The notes beneath the pieces are model-generated. The model saw nothing but the letters and a program-made list of their open reading frames with translations. It was not told the origin of the DNA and did no database searches. Below, in pieces: positions 50,646 through 62,800 of a DNA stretch of 64,000 nt. The stretch is taken from positions 141,858-205,857 of the IMG/VR virus record IMGVR_UViG_3300046170_000519. One strand, given 5' to 3'. Numbering within the stretch: position 1 is the first letter of the stretch; each line of letters begins with the position of its first letter. A program made the translations under genes and the position numbers.

Positions 50646-53600
50646 TTATGTAGTTTGGGTTTCTGTTGATGTTGGGCAGCTCTGTAAATATTCTACATAT
50701 GCGAAATTTATTTGCTCGTGCTCTGATAGACTGTATATACAGTTTTTAACTATATCATCAAAATGATATCGCTCGTCATTATATTCAGATCGTAAAAAGC
50801 AAGATTGTACCCCAATAACATCATAACAACCCTGCCCGCTACTATCTCCAAATTCATTTTCTGCCCTCTGGTTTATAGTTAAATTTTGACCATCCGCTGG
50901 TATTTCTAATTCAAGCACAGTACTTTGAGTCGCATTTAAACTAGAACAACTTTCAAATATCATAGGACCTGCAAAAAACTCTGTATTTGATAGATCAGGA
51001 TGAAAAGAATTATTTTCAGAATTTTGTGAAATTTTTGAATTATGATCATAATTAGAGTCTTTATGATTGTATTCAAATTGACCTAAATTTCTAAAACCTC
51101 CTATGAAATTAGAGTTATTGATAGTCTCTTGAACCAAATCTGCAACAGTTAGATTCCAAAACTTTGGAATATATATTGTATGAAAATCGCATCTTTGAGC
51201 TCCAAGATCAGGAGGAGATGCGCCAGCATCTGATTCAAAAATTAAATAGTTAAAAGCTTGACCTGATCCAGCTTTAACACAATCTTTTACTACATTATTT
51301 TCAGCCCAACTAGGATCTATAAGGAATGTTGGATCACCCGAAGAAAAGACAGAGCCTCCGTCATCCCAACATTTTTTACCTCCATATATATCGCCATCAG
51401 GGAAGAGTTTTGCAGCAGTATCATTCCAGTTTTCAGGAATATAAACTTCATGGAAAACTCTTGATGTTGTATAAGTATATGTAAAAGTTGGTTGAGTCCC
51501 TCCTTGTGTTGCACTGTAAGTTGGGGTTTCTAATATTACTGTATTTGTTTGAGTTAAAGATGGTGTATCTGTTATTGTTAAAGTTGGTGTTGGTTTTGGA
51601 GTTCCCAACTCTAAGTCAAAGTTCCATTTAAACCCCCCATCTGTTATTGGTGTGAATGCCACCCCTTCTTCTGATAATTGTGTTGTAAAAGAAGATGTTG
51701 GAGTTCTTTCGTGTAAAGATAAACTTAAATCAAATCCAAAATCAGGATCTACCGTATCAGTAGGCACTACACATTCGGAAAGGTCAACTATTTCTCTTGT
51801 ATAATTCAATACATCGTTCTGATAATCAAATTCATATATTTTTTCAGCAAGAAATATATTTTCAGACTCAGGGGAATTGCCTTCTAGTAAATTTTTACTC
51901 AAAAGGATAGCTTCTGCTGCATTTTTAATATTTTTAAGACCTTGACCCTTTTTCCCAGTAACTTGTATGTTTATTGTTCTTGTTTTAGCTGTTTGTAGAG
52001 CTCCTAATCTTTGTAAAAAAGTTGAACAGTTTACAAAAAAAGCTGCACCTTGTTGGGTTGATTCATTTTCAGTTATAGTTAGCTCGAACTTTTTAACCAC
52101 ATTTTCTATATCTGAGTTTGGCATAGTATAACCAACTTGATTTGAGAATTGCAGCGAAAATTCAAAACTTCCAGTCAGGTTATCTATTGATACTTGTTTC
52201 TCCACCTCCTTGAAAGTATTACTATAAGACCTTCTTGTGGCTATTTCAGATACTTGACTTGCAGATTGATTCACTACATTCTCTATAGCTTTTTTTGAAT
52301 TATTAATTCTTTCTGCCGTCGTTGAACCATGCCCAATAGATTCACCGTTAATAGTTATTAATTCAAACCCATCTTGTTCCTCTATTGATACATTACTATC
52401 TAGAATATATTTAAACGATCCAGATTTTTGAAATTTCGGGGAATTTGTATATTTTAATGATATATTTGCAGAATTTGTTCCGTATTGATAATTCACAGAG
52501 GAATACAAAGGCTCCTCAAAAATTTGATTTTCAACTCCAGGAGTTGCGCTAGGGCACTGATAAAAAAATTGTTTTGAATAACTATTTAATTTAGAAGATA
52601 TTCTTGAATTAGAAGAATTTAAAAAAGATTGCGTAAAACTCTTAAGTGAATTATCGCTTTCATCTTTTAAGTTTACTAATAAAGTATCTTCTGTAATTTC
52701 TATAAACCCTTCTTCTGTTACATTAATAGATACATCGCTACGAGTGGAGTACTCTTTATTACTATCCAACTTATCAATTCTTAAATTTCTACTAGAGTTA
52801 TATTTATTACTTATATGATCGAATGATTCACTTTTTCCAAAATCATTAAAATTAATAACATTTTTATATTCTCCTTGATATGTGTTTGAGAGTATAGGGT
52901 AATTTATACTAGATGAAAATATATTACTAGCAAATTCTCTAGATTTATTTATAGGTAATTCATTTGTTTTATATAAATATATATTATCAAAAAAAGTATT
53001 ATTATCTGTTGATGCAATTAGTTCAATTTTTACATCCTGATTAGCTACATTATTTATTTCAATATAGTGTTGTCCAGTAAACTCTTTTAAATCTAAAGTT
53101 TCTTGTTGAAATTTAACCTGACAATCGTTATAAGTCTGAGAATCTTGCCCTAAATAATCAAAATATAAAGAGTATCTTCCTGTTGTTAAATTTATAGTAA
53201 AACTTGATTTTTGATTTGCAGAAACTTTAATAGAACCATTTCCTTTTCCATTTAGGTTTTCTAGTGCTCTATCTTGCACTGAAGAGTTTGACCATATATT
53301 TTTTCTATTTTCCAGTAAAGATTCTCTTTTTTCAAAACTACAGGACACCGAATGCTGAATATCAAGAGAATTAGCTGATTCCGAAAAGCTAAAATTTTCT
53401 GAAAAATCTTTTAAATATTTTAAATCTTCATTTTGAAGACCTAATTGCTGGGCTGTTTTTATATTATTTTTATCGTTAGTTGTAAAATAAATTTCATCAA
53501 CACTTCCAGCTTCTATAATTTCTATTGATGCTGTAAAGTTAGCATCTCTAATAAATTCTCCAGATACAGCAAAACTAATAACAGAGCCTTCTCCATGACT

Positions 53601-53849
53601 TACTCCATTTATAAATATTTCTTGATTATCATTAATTATTGAATAATCAGAAGAAGATGATGATAACTCTTCAGAATTTAACCTTTTATATTCCTCAAAA
53701 ATACTTTCAACTCCAGAAGGGTTTTGTAAATCTAATAATAATCCAGATATTAGTATTTCTTTTTTGTTACTTTTAACATTTTCGTTCCCGATTTTTTCTA
53801 GAGAAGATGTTAAACTTAATAAGTTTACATTTTCAAATTGTATTGACAT
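50646..53849 (-). CDS. putative distal tail protein with Thr/Pro linker and Cys-containing C-terminal domain (1067 aa)
   Basis: First gene after the tape measure; TPKPTPTLTITDTPSLTQT linker; ends CPTSTETQTT. Confidence 0.55.
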   Translation of the reverse strand: MSIQFENVNLLSLTSSLEKIGNENVKSNKKEILISGLLLDLQNPSGVESIFEEYKRLNSEELSSSSSDYSIINDNQEIFINGVSHGEGSVISFAVSGEFIRDANFTASIEIIEAGSVDEIYFTTNDKNNIKTAQQLGLQNEDLKYLKDFSENFSFSESANSLDIQHSVSCSFEKRESLLENRKNIWSNSSVQDRALENLNGKGNGSIKVSANQKSSFTINLTTGRYSLYFDYLGQDSQTYNDCQVKFQQETLDLKEFTGQHYIEINNVANQDVKIELIASTDNNTFFDNIYLYKTNELPINKSREFASNIFSSSINYPILSNTYQGEYKNVINFNDFGKSESFDHISNKYNSSRNLRIDKLDSNKEYSTRSDVSINVTEEGFIEITEDTLLVNLKDESDNSLKSFTQSFLNSSNSRISSKLNSYSKQFFYQCPSATPGVENQIFEEPLYSSVNYQYGTNSANISLKYTNSPKFQKSGSFKYILDSNVSIEEQDGFELITINGESIGHGSTTAERINNSKKAIENVVNQSASQVSEIATRRSYSNTFKEVEKQVSIDNLTGSFEFSLQFSNQVGYTMPNSDIENVVKKFELTITENESTQQGAAFFVNCSTFLQRLGALQTAKTRTINIQVTGKKGQGLKNIKNAAEAILLSKNLLEGNSPESENIFLAEKIYEFDYQNDVLNYTREIVDLSECVVPTDTVDPDFGFDLSLSLHERTPTSSFTTQLSEEGVAFTPITDGGFKWNFDLELGTPKPTPTLTITDTPSLTQTNTVILETPTYSATQGGTQPTFTYTYTTSRVFHEVYIPENWNDTAAKLFPDGDIYGGKKCWDDGGSVFSSGDPTFLIDPSWAENNVVKDCVKAGSGQAFNYLIFESDAGASPPDLGAQRCDFHTIYIPKFWNLTVADLVQETINNSNFIGGFRNLGQFEYNHKDSNYDHNSKISQNSENNSFHPDLSNTEFFAGPMIFESCSSLNATQSTVLELEIPADGQNLTINQRAENEFGDSSGQGCYDVIGVQSCFLRSEYNDERYHFDDIVKNCIYSLSEHEQINFAYVEYLQSCPTSTETQTT

Positions 53850-53855
53850 AATATA

Positions 53856-56800
53856 TTATTGGCCTCCTAATATATTATTTTTATCTATTCTTTGCGCAAG
53901 AACAGATTCTAAATATCCAATAATCATAGGATCTTGCAATGCTTGCACTACCGATTGCTTAACAGCTGGTTTTAGATTTCTATTTATAGCTTCATTATTA
54001 AACTCGAATCTAACATCCCCTGTTACAGTGTGCTTCATAACCACTTCATTTAATTGCTCAGTTAACTGTTGTGGGAAAGATAGTATTGTTTCATTCACTG
54101 CTTCGAATAAAGTTCTAGAAGTGTCCAGTCCCTCAGTATTTAGCATTACAGATTCGTTAAAAAGGGCCATTTGTTCATTCAGGATGGATTGATTCTCTAA
54201 TAAAAGCATATTTGTTTCATTAAGTCTGTTGCTGGTCTCAATTAATAATTTATTACTTTCAACTAAAGGTTGGTTTCCTCCTCCGCCGTCACCGTTGCCA
54301 CCTGGAACTGGTTGATCACCTTTAGGTGTATTATTTAAAGATTGTACTACAGCCTGACCAACTGCTTGAGCTATCTCTCCGTAATTATTTAATTTTATAC
54401 CCTCTGACCTCTGCTTCAATAATTCATTTTGAACAGCTTTCATTGGATCTTCTAACCTAGTATAATCAGCTTCTCCAAGGAGTTTAGTCTGCTCTAATAT
54501 TGATTCATCAATTGCTTGCACAGCCTTCAAGTCTTCCACAGCTGTATGTTTCAATTCTTCCATTTTTTTTATAAGATCTGGACTTACATTATTAGCTCTA
54601 AATGTCTCAATAACCTTTTCTAAATTTCTAATACCTACCACAAAATTAGCTTCATCATTACTCATTCCAGTAAGTATTTGTTGTTGCACTCCTAGTATTT
54701 CAGCCAAACGTCTCGCATTTTCAACACTTAGAGCTTTCTCATCCATTGTATCTACAGTATTATCGGCAACGTAATCTCTTGGCCCAAATTCCCTATTTAG
54801 TAACTCACCAGTTCTTTCATTTCTGTATACATCTATACCTTCTCCAAGATCTGCGACATTTTTCAAATCTTCCTTGGATAAAAATTTACCACCTATTCCC
54901 TCCAACCTACCCCTACCAAGTTCAGCTCTTTCAAGTTTTCTATTTATAGCCGCTTTTTGTATCTCAATAGCTAATTTTTGCATACTTAAACTGCTCATCA
55001 TTGCTGCTTTTTCTGCGATAGCATTACCCTGTCCTCCAATAACCTGCAACTTACCTATAAATTGTTTTATTTCTTTAAGAGATATGTTTCCATCTTCATT
55101 ACTTTTTAAAAACGCTGTATAAGCATCCTGCATAGCTTGAGTACTTTCTTTTGTAGATTTCTCAAAAAATTGAGCGAAACCAGCTTGCCCAGTCAATACT
55201 TTTTCCTTCGCTTTAACCCCCTCCCCTTGCAAGAATGATTTTGATGCATCAGAGGGCTCGAATTCAGCTTTAGGCATTGAATTGCTTACAAGATTTATTA
55301 ATTCACTTTTTAACTGTAAATTGCTATCCGCTTTAATCTTTGAAACTTCATTTTCAGCTCTTCGATCAATTCCTTCGTCAGGAGATCTCGATCCACCATT
55401 TACTTTAAAATCATTAACAGCATTCCTAACCTGAAAAGAAGCTTCCAGTCTGGCTGAAGCTAATTCTAAATTGTTCTCAAATTTAGTTAAAATGTTATTT
55501 ATTAACTCTTGTTCTCTTATGAATTTTTGGTATTCTGAAATTAAAACCTCTTTTTGGTTTTTTAACCTCATTTCTGTATCCTGAGCTTTTTCTACAGCAT
55601 CAGAATATGCATCAACGCTTTGGGCAGCCTCTCGCTGGGATTCTATCAACTCAGAAAGCAATGCTGATCCTGCCAAATTAAATTCTCCATCTTCACCTTT
55701 TATAAATCTGTTCATATTATCTACAGTTTCATTGCCTCCTTTATATTTTTTTAACGACTGCCCTACTTCTGTGTCTCCAATATTAGAGCCTAATTCAACT
55801 AAAGTTTTAATAGTTTTATCTCTTAAATCATTAGCGACTTCATTTTCCATCTTGGCAATTTGTGCATCAAGCTCTAAATCTTCCTGCCTTTTAGCTGTAA
55901 TAGCTTCAGGAGTTAATCCCCTCAAATCAAAGCCTCCTAAACCTGCTGAACCATCAGATAATTGTTGTATCACTTTATCACTTGCCATTATTTCAATCTC
56001 TTTATCAATAACTTTATTAAGCTCAGCCCCTTTATCCTTAGCTTTTGCAAATTCGCCAAACATAGGATCAGCGCCCTTAAGCATTCTTTTATTGAAATCA
56101 TATGTGCCATTACCAAAAGCACTCATTGTTGCGGCTGTAGTTGCTTGAACTGCACTCCCAAATGAACTCGTAACAAGGCTATTAGGTTTAGAGTATTCAT
56201 CCGAATTAAGATCCTGGCCCATTTTAATTAATTGATCTTGAACAGTTAAATTCTTCTGAGCATCTTGCATGGTACGGTTAAGTATTCCTAATTTCTCTGA
56301 AGTGCTTAAACTTGAATTCGCTAACTCTCTCATTCTTTGAGCTTGTTTAGGATCAGATAAGGAGTTAATAGAATCTCTAATTTGTTGATTAGCGCTCACT
56401 ATTCCCGAAACATCTCCCATTTCAGTGGAGTTTTTTAAATCAACTAGTGATTGTCCAAAACTTTCTAGCTTACTGACATCTTTAAACTCTTCGTCAAGCT
56501 TCTTTTTTGCAGCAGCTAAAGCCTTAAAAGTCTTTGATTGATCCTCTTTTACTCCATACTCAGCCATCCCTTTTATAGCTCCGCCTGCTCCTCCCACAAT
56601 CATTCCTGGAGCCCCAAAAGCTGCACCGTATGACAATCCAGTTAAGGCATTTGTGGCAAGGCTAGCTCCGCCTCCAAGTTCTGGCCCCTGCCTCCCGTCA
56701 GCAATCATTTGAGCCCCCATCGGTCCCATGAACATAGCTCCCATAGCAAGCCCGCCCGACTTCCCCTTCAGGTTTTTATATCTTTGTGAATTTTCAGGGC

Positions 56801-59800
56801 TTCTAATATTACTTACAAATTTTGAAAAGCCTTTTTTTCCAGCGTTTCTTTTTTTGAATTCTTTTTGCCTTTGGTTTAGTTCGTAAGCTTGATTTTTATC
56901 AAGATCTGTGTAAGGGTTTATCAAACCTGATCCGCCTAGAAATCTACCATTTTTTCTATCCTGCTCTAAGTGGAATTTTTCTTGTCTTTTTCTCTCTCTT
57001 ATTTCTTCTATAGTCATTGCGAAAGAAGGTACTCCGTGAGTTTTAGGATCAATACCTTTTGCTTCAGACCTATTAATTCCTTGCTGCACACCCATAGGTT
57101 CATCTACGGTATTAATAACCGCTAACCCCATTGGATTCATTGAGTTCTTTAATTTAGAATGTTTTGATACTTTTATTTTATTAGAGGATATACCTCTTTG
57201 TTTTAAAGCTTTTGTCTCTCTTTCTATAGCTTCATCTAATGCAAAATTAGGCATAAATCCGTTTCCGAAATTTCTAATTTTCCCTCTATAATTTGGGCTT
57301 GCTGAATGCCGCAAGTATTCATTATCTAAATCTTTAATTGAGGAAATTTTCGCCTTTTGTTTATTATAGTAATACGTTAATTTATTTTTTGTCTCTTCGG
57401 GTAATACCCTGAATTGTTTAGAATTTAAAAATCTTTTAATATTATCCAAATCTTCTAAACGATGTCTTCTGCTGATTTTAAACACTTGCTTTCTATCTGT
57501 TGAAACAAGCGGTCTACTTTGCATATAACGACCATCCTTAGAAGCTTGCACCTTTTTATTAAAATCTGCAATTCTAGTACTTAATTTTGAAAATTCTTGT
57601 CCAGTCAAACCTTGCCTAACTTTTTTTTGTTGATTATTTTTTAAAATTAAATTACTAAAACTAGACTGCTTATCTGAAAAACTTCTCATAACTCTAGAGA
57701 AACTAGGTGTAAACCCAGAAGCAAAAGATTTTTTAGGCACTATTCTTTTTCCTCTCATTACATAACCCGTTTCTTTAGGTATTACTTTTTTATTACCAGC
57801 CCAATGTTGAGGTTTTGCATACTTACGATAATAACTATCTAAAGCTTTTTTCTGTATTTTTATTTCTTCAGCATTTCTTTCTAGCCTTTTAAGCTGTTCT
57901 AAAGATGGATCAGAACTCCTGCCTGATAATATATCCATTATCGATTGCTGGTTTGATGCAAAGCTTCTCTTTATTTCTTGATTTTTAAAACTATAAACTT
58001 CAGCATCTTTCTTTGGTAAATACATATAATTTTTACCAGTATCAACCTGAACCCCTCTAAAAGTTTCTTTTACAGATTTCTGTATTTTATTTAAACCAGT
58101 TATTCTGCTAGAAAAAGCTGCAGCTTTTCTAAAGTGCTCAGAAAAATCTATTTTTCTTTTTTCCCCTGAAATTCCGTAATCAACATCAGCATATGGATTT
58201 TTCATACCTTTATCGAAAGAGAAGGTTTTTGATAAAGTCTTTCTAGGTTCTTTAATTAGAGATTTTCCAGCTTTAACTATAGAACTTTCATTAACCCATT
58301 TATTGAAAGCGAACTGCGCCTTATTTGAAATTTTTGAAGATCTTTCAGTTTGTAATGGATTTTTAATATATCTTTTTTGTCTTTCTATTGCAGATAAATA
58401 AGGATTTTCTGTCGAACTTTTTGTTGGTGAAAATATTTTTTTACCAAGATTTGAAACTTTATTAAATGTATTTTCAGCTCGCTGTCTAACCTGAAGTCTT
58501 TCTGAAAAATTTCTCCAACTATCACTTATGGATTGAGGTGCATTTTTAATTTTTCCTGTTTTTTCATTTACTATTCTCGAAACTTGTTCTTTAATATTTT
58601 TTTGTTTTTTTCTTAGCGATAAAATTTCTTTTTTAATTTTACTAGCTTGATTAGCTGGCATATTTTTAATAGCTTCTGCTTTTGTCTTTATTGAGCTGGT
58701 TATTTCATCCCTCTTTGACATTAAAGACTCAAACTTCCTAGATATTGATTGTCCATTAAATTTTTGTATCAAATTAGCTAACTGATCTTTTCTTCTTGCA
58801 GTCATTTGATTTACAGAGCCACCTATGTCTTGATATATATTTTTAATTTTATCTTTTTGCTCTATTATAGATCCTTTAATGTCTATTTTTTTTGCCGCTT
58901 GCATTTTCCCCAGCATAGCTGTGTTTTGCGATAATCTTTTGAGTGATATCCCCCCAGAAGAGCCTTCTCTACCTTTTTTGGTTATTGCTATTGTTGACAT
59001 TAAATTAGACAAAGAGGCATCAGCAACCCCCCTGAATCCCTTGCCTCCAAATTTCGTAATAACATTTTTAACTCCTTGAGGTTTAAGTTGCAGAGTGTGC
59101 TCTCCATTACTTAAAGCTTTACCTATCGTAAAGGAAGGGTCTAGTGACTGAACTGATCCCGTTTGCTTATTAGTTCCTAATTTTATATTTTTTGCTACAG
59201 ATCTTAGATTTTGACCTAATTGTTGTTTTTCTATATCTATAGTAGGTTTAAATCCAAGCCTTGATAGAAGACTTTTACCTGCTCCATATCTTTGAGCATC
59301 AAGCAATTGTTTATTTACTTTTTTTGTTACAAAATCTAAAACTTTTTTATTGCTTACTATTTGATTAATTATAGCTTTATTATTAAAATTTATTGGCTTT
59401 CCATCTTTTAATATTCCACCTTCTTTATCGACACTAATATTCATATTAGTTGATACTCCCCCTATATTTTTCGATAAAGCTTGTCTAGTATGATCTTCTA
59501 ACCCAAAACCTATTTCTTTAGCGAAATTAGGTATATAACCTTCAGATAAATGATTTATTACATTATTCGAATATTGAGGGCTTAAATGGTTAGATTCAAA
59601 ATTTGGGATAAATCCTTCAGAAAAATTTTGCTTAAACCCTTGAATTATGTCATCTATTTTTTCTTTTTTTAAATATTTAAGTTCAACCTTAAAAGGTCGG
59701 TCTTGAGGAAGTGGGTTATTGTAATAATTTTTTCTTTCATAAAAACCTGCATTTCCTAATTTTATTTTTTTACCAAGCTCGTAATCTCTCTTTTTCTGAG

Positions 59801-62800
59801 CCTCTAAATCTTGTTTCTCTTTTTGTAAAGCTTTATTAAAGTTTTTGGATACATACGGAGGAATGTCAGACCTAGTTGATAAATATTTAGAAAAAGATTC
59901 TACTTCTTTTAAATCTCCTTGTACTCTCTGATATTTAGGGCTTATCCATTCAGTTTTTGAGCTTTCCCAGTCAGGGGTATTAAACTTAGCTTCCTTAAAT
60001 TTTTTCCCTTTAAATAAGAAATTGCCTTTAGGATCTTCTATTCCTTTTATGTTCCTAATTGATGTAACTCGTTTTATCCCACCTCTCATCGCATAATTTG
60101 GAATAAATCCTTTAGAGAAATTTTTGCCAATCCAAAGATTCTCAAGTCTTACTAATTTATCTTGTTTATGAGCATTTCGCCCTAAACCAAACTGCCTCAG
60201 GGATTTAATCAATTTTCTTTCTTCTCCAGGTAAATATTCTGCCTGATCCCTTGTTTTAAACTTTCCAGACTCACGATAATAATTTTCTTGCCTAAATCCT
60301 TCTACCCTCTTTCTTAATTGAACGGGGTTAAAAACTCCTTCCATTTGCATTTTTGGAATATTTTTTGAAAGCCTTTTCCTGTCTAATATTTTTTTTGCGG
60401 ACAATAAAGCTCTTGGGATCCTGGGTCCAATTACAGAACCAGCATCTATTTTAGTATAAGGTCTCCCAGATTTAGCTGCAGATTCAATTTCTTTTATTAA
60501 TTTTTTATATATACTTGAACCAAACTCACCCTCATTAGCTCTGATGTGACGCACATTTAAAACACGCTCTTTACCCCTGTTCATGTCATAAACATTGCTA
60601 CTCCTACCAAATCCTGGTCGTTTAACCATAAAATTAGGCACAAACCCTTTTGACATATTTGGTAATTTTTTTCTTGAAGGGCCAAACTCTTTTCTTGTTT
60701 TTCTGGATACTTCTTGTTGTTTCTGTTTATCTGTTTCCGATATCTTTTGTCTTACATCTGGAAGTTTTAAAACTTTTTGAACAAAATCTCCTTTTGTTCC
60801 TTGACTTATCCCTATTTTTGCATCAGCAAAAGGAGTGTAGTAACCAAATAAACTTTGGAGAGCTTTATCTGGAAAGCCTGATATGTCGAAAGTAGCATTG
60901 TTTTGAGAAAATAATTTATTTTTTCCAATAGAAGATAAAGCTGTTTCAAAAACAGATCCTGCAGCGGAACCGACACTTCCTGCATTTGCCATTTTTGTTA
61001 TTGGGTTATTATTTGAAGCAAACCTTCCTCCAGATAATTCACTAGCAAGTTTCTTAGATTCGCCTAGCATTAAGTTTTTTAATTTTTCTCTAGTTTTTGT
61101 CTCTGTACCCTGCAGGCTCTTATTTTTGATTCCTTCAATTCTGTATTTAATTCTTGTCTTATTTCCATCTTTTGGAGAGTGAATAGTGTCAACTTTTTGC
61201 CTAACATTATTTCTCGCAACCAACATCGTTGCTTGCCTACTTGCGTCAATAGTATTTATTTGATTTCTTTTTCTTTTTGTCTCTATTGCTTGGTTATTCA
61301 TAACATCTTTGTTATACCTAGCTTTAAAACCTAAAAGAGCTTTTTGCTCTTCACTGGAGAAATCTTTAATAGTCAGTTTTTCATTGTTTAAGTTTATCGG
61401 CTTGCCCTCTCTTAAATTTCTAACCCTTTGAACACTTACAAACCCTCTTTGGGTAGCAACTCCAGATTTTGAAAAGTTCGGGACATATCCTTTTGTTAAA
61501 TTTTTAACATACTCTGGGACATACCCTTTTGAATAATTAAAATTTACCCCATGAGGGAATAGGGGGTTTTCAGTTTGTTGATCTTTTGGTGAATTTTTTT
61601 TCTTTGCTGTTATTTTACTTTCCCTAAGAACTGTATCTGATGGAGTTATCATATTAATTCCACCAGAAAACATTGTTCTTCCCCCTTTAGTTAAATTAAT
61701 CTTGTCGGTTTTATTATTCTTAATTCCAATTTTTGGTTGATTAAAGCTAGCTTGAGAATTAGTTAAGGCTAGTAACCACTCTGAAGCAGCCTTTTTTAAT
61801 CCCACTATTATGTTCTGCTCTGTTGTGGCTTTAGTTTCGAAACTTTTTTCAGATTTATTTTTTTTGCTTCTCGCAGTTAAATCCATGAAGGCGTTTTTTC
61901 CTGTAAATTTTATATCAGAAAATCCAGATTTAGCTAGGTAATTTTTACTCTCCATTTCTCCAACTAAACCTTTAGCTTTTCCTGTTAATGTCCCAAAAGC
62001 TTGATGGACTGCATAAGGTCTTTTACCGTAATAAGGTCTTTTCGCTATGTTTTCTGCGGATTTAAATATCCCCTTGTAAGACCCACTTTTTACAAGATCC
62101 CCATATGTTTGTTTAATTCTTTTTACGGCGTCTGGATTGATTTTATATTTAGTTAAGTTTGGATCTTTGTTTTTTGGATCTCTTACTATTAAACCTTGAA
62201 TTTGACTATTGCCCTTAACTATTTTATTAGCTTCTTTCTTGAAGTGATCATTGTCATGACTCATTCTGTGAACATTCAACTTCCCAGTAAATACATCTGT
62301 TAAGTCTGCATATTGAGATATTATTGATCCACCTCCATCAAACCCTCCTAGCTTGGAAGCTGAATAGCTATATGTTTTTCCACTTAAGCTTTGTCCATAT
62401 TTTTGTCTCGAAAAATTTGGTATATATCCGTCCGCTGCATTTACTTTTTTAGCTCCATTTGGTAATCCATATTGTTTAGCCATATCTCTATTGAAAACAG
62501 CATCGGCTCCAGAATTTTTAAAATTCTTCACAATCCACTCCCCTGTATTTACAACCACATCAGAGGATTGCCCTGGCCTCATTTTAATTTTTGTTTTTAC
62601 AGGTTTATCCCCTTTTCTTGCTCCACCTATACCCCTACTGACATCTAAACTTTCTTTTTCAAATGCGGGTAAAAATCCATTAGCTAAAGATAGAGTTTTT
62701 CTGCCTTTAGCTCTCGATGATCTTTTACCCATAGGTACAAACCCTACATCTGTTGCCCCCACACCAATTAACCTAGAACTCGCCGCTATTCTTTTGATTA

